A stretch of DNA of 60,469 nt, the filler included, from Platydemus manokwari (Eukaryota), in NCBI GenBank assembly GCA_037951405.1. It is 4 parts of 4 records of this genome, joined end to end, with 100 filler letters (N's around TTAATTAATTAA, not from the genome) between each part and the next. Parts side by side here need not be neighbours in the genome. Positions count along the whole stretch, not along the records: positions 1 to 16,193 come from JBBMOY011200321.1; 3 more parts are not named here. One strand, given 5' to 3'. How positions within the stretch are numbered: position 1 is the first letter of the stretch; the number at the start of each line of letters is the position of its first letter. The notes beneath the pieces are model-generated. The model was not told where the DNA came from and ran no database searches. It was given only the letters and a program-made list of their open reading frames with translations. The translations under genes and the position numbers were made by a program. Shown one piece after another: positions 1 to 12,963 of the stretch.

Positions 1-309
1 GTTAAACATCTACATGAAAATATTGATGATGATCGATTGAAAGAAATGTTTTCAATATTTGGTGAAATAATCAGTGCGAAAGTAGTTAAAAATAAATCAA
101 ATAAGACTTCGAGACGATTCGGATTTGTTCAATTTTCTACATCAGATGAAGTTTCACAAGCAATGAATGAGATGGACGGTAAAATTGTATATGGAAATAA
201 ATTGTATGTTCGCTTGGTGGAAAGTAGGGAAGAAAGAAATGAAAAACTGTGTTTTTTATTTGATAAGAAAATGTATGAAATGAGGATAATGAAAGCTAAT
301 GAAGAATAG
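1..309 (+). CDS. 3' end of an RRM-domain protein, polyadenylate-binding protein (PABP) RRM3/RRM4-like; 5' part outside window
   Basis: Frame 1 is open from base 1: VKHLHENIDDDRLKEMFSIFGEIISAKVV...SRRFGFVQF...AMNEMDGKIVYGNKLYV..ESREER. This matches the PABP RRM pattern (RNP1 GFGFV, SAKV, 'AV.EMNG..L.GK.LYV'). Stop TAG at 307-309. Confidence 0.75.
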   Translation, partial: VKHLHENIDDDRLKEMFSIFGEIISAKVVKNKSNKTSRRFGFVQFSTSDEVSQAMNEMDGKIVYGNKLYVRLVESREERNEKLCFLFDKKMYEMRIMKANEE

Positions 310-3300
310 ATGAGATCATAATTCATTTATAAGCGCACCTCTATATAATTTTTAGAATTGAAATCATCAAGGCATTTTATAAAGATAATTGGAATACAGC
401 CCAATTAAATGCTTTGTTTATCACTTTCTAAACTGAATGTAGCTCTTTTCAATTCTATTTTTTTTAATAAAATATTAATAATCTGATAAAATTAATTTAT
501 TTAAAATCTTAGCCGAAAACATTTACAATTGTTTAAAAGCTAACATTAATTTTTGTTCACTGATCAGTCGCGTTTTTAAATAGTCCTTCATGTTTTACTG
601 GAAGAATTTCTCGATATTTAATAATTAATTTTAATTCCCTTGATATGGTAATAATTATATAAATTCAAAATATTTTAATAATAGTTTTTATATAACATCT
701 TTTTAACATAATGTAAGACAAGATTCCGTTGGTAGATAACTTTATTTTAAGTTACCTTATAACAACAGATGAGAGTATATACACTTATATTTTTGATTTT
801 TCGCATAGACCAACATCCAAAAATGATTTTCTTTTAATTACAATTTATCAATTTCTATTTTGGGGGCTGTTCCTCAACAGGGTGTTAGTATTTTTCTGAG
901 AAAGAATTTTTAATCAAGAAATTTTAACAACATTTACATTTGGTTAGCGCTTTTATTGCTACTTTTAGTTATCGTACGATAGGTGCTTATTGGAAATAAA
1001 TTATATATTGTTATTGACTAAAAATTTCTAGCCTAAACCGTTGACTGATATTTCATTGGAAGATGAATTTACTGATATTCGTTGTCCTGGTTTAATTATT
1101 TTCATTTTTTAATGTTTTATGCTTTCTAGAATACTGTCAATTACAAACAGAATTACTTGAAAATATCGACGATATGCATCTCCTAACCAATGCTTCGATA
1201 TTTTACTTATTTGATTACACATACATAATCTAATATCAATCTAAAACCAATAATTTCAAAATAATTCAATAATTAACAAAATAATCAAATGATTTGCACA
1301 ATATGCATCGAATATTAATAATTTGATCAAATCAATAACATGATAAACGTAAAATATCCAAAATCAAATAATTAATAAGATGAGTTACAGTGGTAAATAA
1401 TACTGAGAATTTAAATCTAAAATAATTTATAAATTCTTATCTAAAGATATTTATTTGTTTTAATGATTGTATCTAAACAGATAATTTTGTGTTTTGATTT
1501 TTCCAGATCGTTTTCCACTCGATGTCTTATAAAATAATATCAGCTTACAAGTAAATTATCGATTAAAATACTATTTTCATATTGTTATTGACTCAATCAA
1601 TGAAATAACGTGAATGTTTAAATTGTTGAAGAATTCAGAAGTTAAAATTGAGTTTTTGTATTGAGAAACTTGGGTTATAAATTATAGTAAAACTCCACTC
1701 GTTATTGTATATTCGACAGATCCCTGTCAATGTCCGATAGCAATCTCGGAAATTAGATTAACTAATATAACTTAAACACATTCAACACGAAAACCTTTTT
1801 CTATAAATTTGATGACAAATACGGCTTATTGTTAATTGAAGAAAGTGATATGTATTTTTTCGATTATGTTTGTGATGAGTAACAGTACTTGGAGTCAATA
1901 AACGTTTTAGTCTCAACCTCTTTTTAAGATATAAAAACAATTTCCGAAATATTCTATATCGTTTTAAAAAAAATTAAAAATTCTTTGAATTTAGTCAAAG
2001 TTACTTGCACGAAGTCTGTCAAATAAACAAATTTATCACGCGAATGAAATAATAAATTAAATTCGACAACAATTTAAACAACAAAGAAATAACGATAACT
2101 TAATAATAATGACAAAATTTTAATAAATTATTGTCTCGAATAATGTAACTAGTGAATTATTTATTCACTTGATTAATGGAGTTCTTGATTATTGATCCAA
2201 ATTACATAATTTGACCTTGAGAGTAAGACCTTCCTGCACCAAAATTAATTATTTGTATTTAATTAAAAATATTTATTTGTTCATCCGATTTACCTCATCT
2301 GCTGATTTACTGATCAAGCCTAACATGACCTAAATTGGATTACATATATAATCACATAATAAATTATCTCAATATTATCATACAATACCACAAATCATTC
2401 GAACACCAAAAACTTATTTATTTAATCAAGTCCTTTTACAAACATCATACTTTAAAATAAGTTAGTAGCATAATTTTTATATTTTATTAAATGTTTTGAT
2501 GTCAGATATACATTAATGACTTCTCAAGATGACATTGTTAATATTTTATTTAACCAGTTCCTACTATACTGCGCTCATCAATCAAGATTGCAGCCCAATC
2601 TCCAACCACCCTTGATTATTTTGCCAATTTTGTTGGTAATTTTAGTTAAAATATAATAATTCCCGATTTTGATTTATTTAATTTTTTACAGGCTAAGTTT
2701 TTCCAGGAATTATTTAGCAGAATAGCTGTTCTTATTCTGCTTTCTATTTCTCTAGTCATAAATCATTCAGTGACTGATAAAGCATAATGGTTGCCGAAAT
2801 AGGATTATTAATCTAAACTCTAAAAGGTCATTATCATTTTAACATCTTTGGAATAATTTAGTTGAAGAATTCAATCATCAACCTAACGATTTTTTAAAGT
2901 GATTTATTAAAAAATTAAACAATTATTATCTTGTAATTTCCAAAGGTCATCAATAGATAACAAACATCGGGACTAGGAAAATTTCATCATTATCATCCGT
3001 TTATTTACAAGTTACTTTTCTATACTTCAATTTTCATAGTATTTGTAAGTAAAATGGTTGCAAATGAATTATAACTGAATTATGAGATGCTGATGTTCTA
3101 TTTGATTTTAATGAATAAAAAGCATTTAAGAAAAATGTTTATCAGAATAGCCTCATAACAATATTTCTTCTGTTTGATAAAATCTTTTAATAAATGTTAG
3201 TCCTAGCTAATTCACTTAAAATTGAAGATTCAACAGAAGAAGTAATTTATATGATTTTCTTAACTTTTATTAATGCGAACAAATCAAACAAGCTTTAAGC

Positions 3301-3527
3301 AAATTTAAATCATTTTTTGAAAATCATTTTTAGAGATCTTTAGCTATCAATCTTAAACTGATATAGATAAAAATTTAAATTATTTGATAATTACTTTATT
3401 TTAAATGATTTCAGAAAATTTTAAAATATTATTTTTTATTTTGAATCTTATCCAACATTAATTTAATATTGTTTGTTAAAATCATTTAAAATAAAAGAAA
3501 TTATAAGATAATTTAAATTTATAAAAT

Positions 3528-6500
3528 ATGACCAACGCAAATGAGAAGGAAAATGGTAGTTTTCGAGCATTTTCTTCAACGAATAAGATTCCAATGAAAA
3601 AACAAATTAATAAGGTTTATACTAATCTAGACTGTATCAAATAATACCTTTTCACAATTCAGTTGAAATTCAAATTACTGAAATTGGAAAAGGAAGAAAA
3701 ACGAAAAGATAAGATAATAAACGAAATAATGAAGTAGAGATTGTGAATATTTAGAGATAAAAACATGTCCTAATATTACTAATGTATTAATATAGTTGTA
3801 CTGGAGGAACGAAATCTACAAAGGAGATAGATCGCAAATTTGACGAAATTTCTTCCGAAGCCAATGTCGCAGTGTTACATGCGAAAATGAGTAACATTCA
3901 GAATGAGGTTTGAATGAATTTATTTGACAATTCTATATATATATATATGTGTGTGTATGTGTGTGTGTCTATGTGTGTGTGACTGTGTGTGAGAGTGTGG
4001 GTGTAATTTTTAATATTTGCACGAATTTCCTTTGAATTATTATTTAAGTTTGGGCTGTTAAACGATTGGTTTTCATCTAAGGTTCCGCCAGGGTAGACTT
4101 AGAAGACTGCGGGTCACTTGTGGTCAACATGTTTTGAGTTAAACTAAATAAAACAAAACATCCTTTAATAATTTCCTTTTAAAAAAGAATTTCGGTCGCG
4201 TTTCTTATATGAATAAAAATGGATAACTAAACTAAAATTAAAAAGGACATTGTCTGTCTATTTTCAACCCTTTTACAGTTATTATTATTTACATGTAATT
4301 ATAAGAATAAGATTAGTTCTATGGGATTCCATGAGTGACCTGGTGTTTTTAAAGGACTTGATAAACATACAACTGTTGAAATACATCGTGTCAAATGAAT
4401 GATTTATTTGATCACTTTAATTATACATGATGTTAATAAAAATAAAAAAAATTAAAATAATTTTCTCTTCTACTTCCCAATGGCTTGTTTAAAAATCCAT
4501 AAATATAAATTTTAATAAAATAAAATATTAATATATTTATTTGTTTTAATGTTAACGATATGAATTTTGAAGGATAAGATTTCAAATATCTTTTTATCTC
4601 TGAAAGAGCAATCAAATTCATTACTCTTCGCAACGAAAACAATCTGCTAGCCTAAGAGTTTCCTTTTCAGATATTGATCTTAATATATAGTTATGGTTGA
4701 ACTGTGTTGCGATTACCTTCATAACTTTCTTTATCTATTGAGAAGTCCTTCTCTTTCGGAATGTCATCAATGATATCATTGGCCAATAATTGTATTCAAC
4801 AGTTCTGACAAATAGACAAATATTGACTCATGTAAATCAAAGATTTACAAAATTCAGTACACCACGTCTAACATTACAAATATAATTTGGTAATTATATG
4901 ATTTATATATAAATTACTGTTTATAAATTATATTCATTCAGTTTATTTTTTGATAAATCAACTATTGTAAATAATTAGATAATATTATGAGATATAATTA
5001 AAAATTATAAATTTAATTACAATATTTTATATTTATTTATTTATTTTTTCCTTTTCTTAACCCTTGATGATTATCTCTACAGTCTAAGAATTGTTAATTA
5101 TTTATTGAATAATTAAAGGTTTCAGTTGTATTCGTATTAAGCTATTAACACAAATAGCTGTTAATGAAGAAAATATCAAGCTTATAACTGGATTGAGAGC
5201 AGAAAAAAAGATATTACAAGAAGCAAATGCTCGACAGAAAACCGCATTAGAAACTTTGAAAGAAGACATGGAATCTTTTAATAAATTTCAAAATGAAACC
5301 AAATCTCAAATTACTCAATATCTACAGACAATAGAACAACAACAGAAACTAATTGATGAATTGAATTCGCAGTTGGAATTTCATAAGGAAAATGCCGAGT
5401 AAGAAGAAACCAACGTTTGTGATAATCATTATTTGAATAATCATTTATTAATCGAGATTTCGATGTTTTAATCATCTTTAGTATTTTTATTACATTGGAT
5501 AAATAACTGAGGCTAAGATCCCTTTCTACGTACTAGATCAGTACCTCTTTTGCTTGTAGAATCCGTTTGGTACTCGTTCTCACTTGACGGAATCCATAAT
5601 AGAACAGTGCAGCAAATTATGATTAAAAATTTTCTCTTTATCGAATAATTTTCAAACATTTTCCGAAATTATCGAAGATATATTAAATGCTCACCATTCA
5701 AAGAATAAGATTAGCTTATTCGCCTATAGTAACTATAGAATTTCTTTTCTATTACAAAAAACAGCAATTGGAAGAATTGAGAGTAATTTGAAAACGTGTG
5801 ATTGAACATTATAAAGCATAACTAAAAGTGAATACAGTGTACATGTACTTAAATGTATAGGTATTGTATAATCGTCATGATGCTAGGAAATTGAAATCGG
5901 ATTTTGATAACTAAAGGAAGATATTTCAAATACTTCTCAATGATATTATTGCTGTGCTTTCTAACAGCATATACTTGAACTATGGTAGAACTATTATAAC
6001 TTAATATAAGTGTTTTTTTAAAGTTTATCTACCATGTGAATATTCTTATATTTAAAGTTATTTAGGTTTTTTAAAAGCTTTTATAAATTATGAAAAGTAC
6101 GAGCTTTAATTAGTCATTTGTTATTATAATTTGTACTATTTTAATTATTATTATTATCGTTGTTTTCATTGCTGTTCCATTTTTATCAAAATTTTGGCTG
6201 AAAATGTGTTGAAAAAATCGATATTTCATAAAAAAAATTACAATATTATATAAAGGATGAGACTTTGTTGAAATCAAGATCTTATCAAAACCTTTACGAT
6301 ATTTATAATAACAATTATCATTTTTATATTACTTGTATTGTTATAATAACGAAACAAATGCTACAACAAAATTAGTTATATATAGTCATTAATTATATCG
6401 CCGAAACACATATCGTTTGAAAGGTCTGTTGCTAAAATATGGTTCAAGAATTAGATAATCTATCAATTAATACATAATGGTTTGATGCAGATAAAACCTG

Positions 6501-9500
6501 AATAGACGTGGAATTATTTTTTACATGTAGTGCTAAAGTTGGTTGAAAAGTTTACCAATATTTATTCCAGCTAAAATTATGAAAAAAGTCCTAAAATAAA
6601 ATTTTTAATTTTTTGGGTGTATTCCAAAATTTTATATAGTTTATTTAATTATGTTCTTTAAAAACATTTTGAATTTTTTATTTAAGTTCTCAAGAAAAAT
6701 GTTAATTGTTTGAAATAAAATATTAAATAGATTAGAGCTTCAAAATCTCCTATAATTTGATTATTTAGAAAAGGGATAAAAGTATCCCGAATTGCAATTT
6801 ATTGAAAATTAGCGAGGAACACTTTTTGTAACATTATAAGCAAATTGAGAGATACTATCAATTTTTATAATTATTTTATTAAACATTTCTGGAGTTTACT
6901 TATTCGATTTATAATTAAAATAATTTAAATTTAAAAGCTTAAAAAATCATATAAAAGTGTTCTGACTAGAATAGTAACTTGGTTGAAAAATTCTGTCTAG
7001 TTCCTACTCGACCTCATATAATGTGAGATGTCAACTAAATCATATAAACAAATTAACTGTCACAAAAAGGTAAAAAAATCTGAAAAATAAAACTAAATAT
7101 TTTAAAAAATTATTATTATATGATATTAGATGACTTTTTGATTTCTTATCCTTTTGATTTGAAAGTCTAATTGTGACAATCTTTGAGGAAAATATTGCAA
7201 GATAAATGTAAAAATTAACAATTAAAGTATTACTTTGTAATTAAATGACGATTATTGAATCTAAATCAAATATTTTGAGGGATAATTGATGACCTTTTAA
7301 ACTTAGGTTATCAACATGGCACCGTGAATCATTGTGCTTTCTTTGTGAATTTGGATTATCGAGATATTCATTCTCGAAACATTGAATCAACATGAAATTT
7401 CGATTTTTACTCATTGATAAAATTTAGCTGGTTTTATTCATAAAAAATTGAATTTTAAGTAAAAATATGATGAAATCATTCTAAATAAATTTTGAAATTG
7501 AATACTACACGAAAAATCATTACATTAAATTTAGGCTAAACTATCCTTTTTCTTAATCCTTTTAGTCATTATTCCCACTTTTTATTATAAAAGTTTTGGT
7601 CAGTTTTTCTCTGTCACCAATCTCGATTATCGATTGATCACTGAGCAACGTTTTTAGTTCATTTCTAAGGTCAATTAATTGTCATAAATTTGTTGTTATC
7701 GTAAATCATTTTGGTTAACAACTCAAACCCTAAATGTCTTAAGCGATATAAAATATTTCTTTTCACTTACGTAAACATAACTATTTATATTCAATTTTTT
7801 CATAAGAATTGCAAACTGGATTTAGAAAATATGATAAAAAAATAACTTTAATATAATAATAAGAATGAAGTAGTGCGACTTTCTAAGATCTATCGTAACC
7901 TTATTAAAGTTTAATTTATCATAATTTTTCATCAATGTTAAAATTAAAACAAATTTATGATTTTTTTAGAAACTTTAACATTGATTATGAAGATATGAGA
8001 AAGCAAAGCATTAAAGTCTCACATGATTTAGAAGTCGTGATGAAATGTATATCAGACGGTGAACCGGTAATTGATGTTCAAGCAGCGAGCGAAAAGGTAC
8101 TAAAAATCATAATTTATATTTATGACAAAGATTTATTTATAAAGCATTTTATAAAATAAAAGAAGTTTTCAGACTTGTTTGATCTCTTATTCTCTTTCGG
8201 TGAAATAAATTTTTCATAACCTGTTCGAAGGAAATGAATATCATCAGAAAATAAACCAATGTAGTACAATTTAATTAATTATACCTTTGAAATAGTTTGA
8301 TATCTTTAATTGTTCTCAACATTATTATAATTTATAATTGCAGCTCTTATTTTAAGGAATATTTTTTAAACCCGAATTTAATATCTATTCAATCAATAAA
8401 TACGTGTTTAAAAAATGCTTATAAAAATAAAACCTCATAAATTTATCCTTTCTCCTGTGAGAGTTGTGTAGGATATCCAGATATTAAATCAAAATATAAC
8501 TACAACGCATGTCGTGGTCAGGTAGTAAATGAATCATTGTACACGCAATTCAAGATCCTATTAGAAACCGGCGAAGAAAAGTAGACTAGCTTTATTGTTT
8601 ATTGGTTGAATTGTCAGTGGTTCAATCAGCGAACTTCATTACTCATAAAGTGGGATTACTGATTTTGTATTTTTTAGCAAATGATATCTAATCATACATA
8701 CGATTTTCCAAGCTTATATAGTTTAGCTCATTTAAACAATTATATAAAATTACAATTAATTTGTGCTTCGTAAAAAATAGAGTTAATTATCTTCGTTGGT
8801 ATACTTTCAATGTGTTTGTTTATTTTTATTTGAACATTATCGACTATAAAAAGGATAATGATGTTTAATATCTTTAGATCAATAGAATTTTCAAGGAAAA
8901 CGAAGCACTCAAATCACAATTATCAGTTTATCAAAAGCAAGTAAGTTCTTTCGAATGTGAACAAGAAATAAGCCGAGAAACGATAATTCGATTATCAAAC
9001 GAAGTTATTTTGGAAAAGTCTCTACGAACAGAATGTATAGAAAAATTGAATATCGTAACTCAAGTAAAAAAATTATTTTTTTGATTTTTTGATGATGGAA
9101 AATATGAAATTAAAGTCCTTGATAAGTCAAATAAAACGGTGGAAAATGACGATTCAAAATATGTTTAAATACAGTTCTATTTATATCTTTTGAAATATAA
9201 AACAGCCTTTACCGAGCAATATTTGGTCCGACAAATTTTCAACAAAAATTTCCCATACTTATGCTCATATTTTAGAAAATGAAAGTTTATTTTGAAATAA
9301 AAATTTTGCCCACAAGAATTCTTAACTCCAGTAACAGTTGGATTTCGTATGTATAGCAGCTTTGCTTTACATTTTCTTTTTTGGTCCACTTGTTAGGTTA
9401 TTCGTCATCGTCATAGCTTAATGATCATTTGATTGATTGTGATTGTCTAGTAATGTTGTTGAGGTTTTGATGATATAACAAATCGATAAAATATTTGAAA

Positions 9501-10982
9501 TGAACAATTTTTAATGTATCAATGTAGCGTATAAATGTAACATTTTATTTTTATAAAAATATATCAGTGTCGATACATTGATAATTGTAACATTTTATGG
9601 ACTGTAACCCACAATTATATCGTATTATACCTTTTAATTTTTTATTTTTATTGTGTTTGTTAAAACGTTTACGCAATATGGGTTTAATTAATAAAACAAC
9701 ATTGAATAATTATGGAAATACTTTCTGCAATATGCGTTATAAAAAGGATTTGGTTAAAAATCTAAAGACTGTAATCGAGGTTCTTAAAAAGACTATTGGG
9801 GAACTTAGATCTGCGCTTAACAAAAACAATGAAGTTTCACAATTCAGGAATGTTTCAAATAACTACTATCACTAGGAATAAAGACAATGTTATTATAACT
9901 GTTTCGACAGAATAACATTCTATAATTGTTCCAAAAAACCGAGAAATTAATGGCTGATAAACGCAAGTTGCAATCTAATACGTACAATGAAAAATATAAG
10001 ATCTTCAGGTTTGCTGAAGAATACCCGAATATGACGAAAAAATGGCGTTGCTGTTTTTTATAATATGAACCTGAAAGAGTTGTCTTGAGAAACAAAGAAA
10101 AAAGAGAAAAAACCATTGAATTTGCATGGGATCAAGTGGAAAGTAAAACGATTAAAACTTGATTCGAGTCTGATGAAAGTGCAAACAACAAACCAGAGAA
10201 ACAAGAATTTCGTTATATATAGGAGCTTATTTCATTTTATAACATCAGCATTGTTAGTAACATAATAGTATGTGATAAGTATATTTTTTTTAAATATATG
10301 TAATACCTCAGATTTTATAATATGGTCATTTTCAGTAATATCCAGAAGTGATGACTTGATATGAAAACTTGAAATGCAAATCATTTATAGATTCTGAACG
10401 ATCTTTAAAAGTATAATCGAAGCCTTAAGATAATCGTTGAAAGATTTTGCGTTACTTTTGTCACATCTTGTAATTACTGCCACTTTATTCTTTCATCATG
10501 AAACAATATATAAAATTACATAGATATTCCTCACCAATTTATTTTTAAAATATTTTTTTGAAATATCATTTAAATCCTGGAAAATAATTTCGTATTTTGT
10601 ATTAGAAACTCAATGTAAATACAGAATATGAGAACTGTGTGAGGAACCATATAACTTGTCTTGCTACCCAGTTATCCGAAATGAGGAAAGCTCTGATGTT
10701 GTCTCTCGAAGAAAATTTACAAAAAAGTGAATATATATCAAAATTGAAATCAAATATAAAAACTGAAGAAACAGATAGTGATGTGATCAACAATATTGAT
10801 TTTTTGTTGTATGAAAATTTAATTCTTAAAATATCCATAGTAAATTATTTTGTTCAAGGTCAAAGGCAAGAGAAATACTGGATAGTGACGTAGCAGATAA
10901 AACTCAAATAGATAAAGCAAACCTATTGATCCAATGTATTCGAAAATTAAACGACAATTTGGACAGTGGAAAATCTAAATAA
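3528..10982 (+). CDS. CCDC170: Coiled-coil domain-containing protein 170-like, 8 exons, about 388 aa
   Basis: Phase-consistent GT-AG exons 3528-3614, 3663-3733, 3796-3907, 5142-5398, 7970-8096, 8878-9063, 10606-10808, 10859-10982. Peptides LQEANARQKTALETLKEDM and FKENEALKSQL...EISRETIIRLSNEV resemble CCDC170 (YKENNARKSSLLTSLRDRV; KENEFVKGQI...ASRETIMRLASEV). Confidence 0.72.
3934..4004. repeat. (TA)n/(TG)n compound microsatellite in CCDC170-like intron 3
   Basis: tatatatatatatatgtgtgtgtatgtgtgtgtg... seen directly. Confidence 0.9.
5511..5610 (-). mobile_element. Small non-LTR (LINE) reverse transcriptase remnant
   Basis: Minus-strand translation YGFRQVRTSTKRILQAKEVLI*YVER resembles the LINE RT 'QxGFRxxRSTxDxI' block; GC-richer than its flanks. 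Confidence 0.35.
9950..10215 (+). mobile_element. Internally deleted Tigger/pogo-like transposase remnant in CCDC170-like intron 6
   Basis: MADKRKLQSNTYNEKYKIFRFAEEYPNMTKK resembles the CENP-B-type HTH start of Tigger/TIGD proteins. It is joined almost directly to IEFAWDQVESKTIKT*F, which resembles the 'AWxxVxxxTIxNCF' end of the DDE_1 domain. Stops and a frameshift are present. Confidence 0.55.
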
Positions 10983-11104
10983 ATTCTAAAATTTATATAT
11001 TTCTTTTAAAAATTTATTTCATTAGTTTTCGTTTTATTTTCTTAATTGCTTCTGTTTTGTTTAAATTTCTCATGTGTTAGCTACGAATAAATGACAAAAT
11101 TCAA

Positions 11105-12963
11105 ATGAGTTAGTTTTATATCATATTTATTACCATTGCTATATTGAATCAAATAATCTATTAGTCGAATCTAGGGGATCAAAAAAGGAAAAATCAAATC
11201 GACCGAAAGGTTTTTATTTAATTAAACATGACCAAAATTACAATTGTCTCCAGACGATCCTTTCCATCAACATCAGCTATGTGGCATTCATGTATTTCTG
11301 GATGCCAAGCACGTTTTCCCGATGTTTTTGTTCGTAGGAATTGTTTTCATTTGCATAGGTATATGGTTGAAAGTGGAACTCGATAGTGTATTTTTTTCAA
11401 TTGAACAATTTTTTTATTTCGATTTTATCGATAATTATCATACTGTAGATAAATGAATACTCGGTCGACTATACCAATTGTCGATCATTGACAAATCCTA
11501 ATAATCTCTGCTCAGATGAGTTGCTAAATTCAAGCGTGACAAATAATTTTCTATCTTGTTTTTGTATGATCAATTTTACACTTAGCTCAAATTTGCAGGT
11601 AATCCAAAAGTCTTGATGATAATGATTTTCATAATTGATTTCTTAATTCATATGGCTTTGATTTTTTTTTCGATTTCCTATATTAATTAAAATTTAACAG
11701 AAATTGCCAATAATAATATAGCAAGAAAATCTTACTCGTATTACTTTGAAATGCGAATACTTATTTATTATATTAGCTGATTTAAACAAATTATATTACC
11801 ATAGAGATTTCTATTATTAATATATAATAAAATCTTTCATAAGTGCTGGAAAATCGATTGAGTAAAATCAATAATTTATCAGTAATGCATTTAGAACTGT
11901 GTATTTGTTAATTTTATTGTAAATAGTAATTTTACTTATCTGAAATAATTGTTAAGTATTATTTCACGGAAATGCAATCAAATAGTTTGTGTTAACTCGT
12001 TTTTGATGCAAAGAAATTTCTAGTGAAAATAAACTGGAAAACAAAACTCGTCCTTATTGACAAAGTATTGAAACGTGGGCATTTATTAGAAATCATGATA
12101 AATACGTTTGTGCATTGAATGAGAATATCTTTGTCTATCTCGTTTGAATTTCTTTTTTTATAAATAAATTGAATGTCTCCGATGAATGAGGAGTAATTCA
12201 ATATTTATTATTTGTGTGTTAATCAATAATAATAAACTTTAATTTGGTATTAAAAAATTATATTATTTATATTAATAATAATGATAATAATTAAAATGAA
12301 AATTTTATAATTTTAGTAATAATAATTGGCATGAATACGAAAAAAAGTTATTGTGATAATAATAATTTAAACATTATAATTGTAAAATAAATATTATTAT
12401 AATATTATTATTATTATTATTATTTTCAATTATAATGTTACTAATATTATAATGCTCATTATTACTTTGATTATAACTATAATTATAATAGTAATGTAAT
12501 TTATTTTATCAATGTTATTCCTATTCATTACTTTTAACATCCGTATTGTTTTGTTTCAAAAATATTTATCGAATAATTTAATATAGCTAATGATCATCAT
12601 TCTAATACTATTAATTATAATAACTATAACCATGCTGAAGTATATATCTAACAATAATAGAAATAATAATCATAATAATATTACAAAATAGTAAAAGCAT
12701 ATTCAACTATTTTCCATTTTATTAATAATAATAATTTAAAAAATAATAACTGTTAATAATAATTATCATACAGGGTAATGTTAAATTCTACTACAGACTT
12801 ACCAACTTCTATCAGAATTATAGACTTTATGTTACTTCCAAAGATGATATGCAGCTCCATGGAAAACCCCCACCATTTAAAGGAAGCTGTGAGCCATTTC
12901 TAAAGAATGCCTTGACACAATATTACGCACCATGTGGAGCGATTCCAAACAGTATATTCAATG
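11105..12963 (+). CDS. TMEM30A: CDC50/TMEM30 family P4-ATPase flippase beta subunit, 5' five exons; 3' exons not found before the contig end
   Basis: Exons 11105-11108, 11165-11209, 11254-11387, 11449-11598, 12774-12963 splice in phase to MIESRGSKKEKSNRPKDDPFHQHQL...TM1...EYSVDYTNC...C.C.INFTL...GNVKFYYRLTNFYQNYRLYVTSKDDMQL...APCGAIPNSIFN. These are hallmark CDC50 motifs. Confidence 0.88.

Noticed and set aside
2760-3400. Alternative genetic code (stop reassignment), suggested by coding-looking minus-strand sequence with many stops
   Set aside because: The conserved genes (PSMC4, APH-1, ACY1, TANGO6) read through with the standard code, and TAA, TAG and TGA all occur as terminal stops in the window.
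8505-8562. tRNA or tRNA-derived SINE head (A-box/B-box-like motifs)
   Set aside because: The boxes are degenerate, no cloverleaf can be formed and there is no second copy in the window.
9597-9875. 92-aa ORF as an extra CCDC170-like exon or nested gene
   Set aside because: The flanking exons already splice in phase without it; it adjoins a Tigger remnant and has no recognisable similarity.
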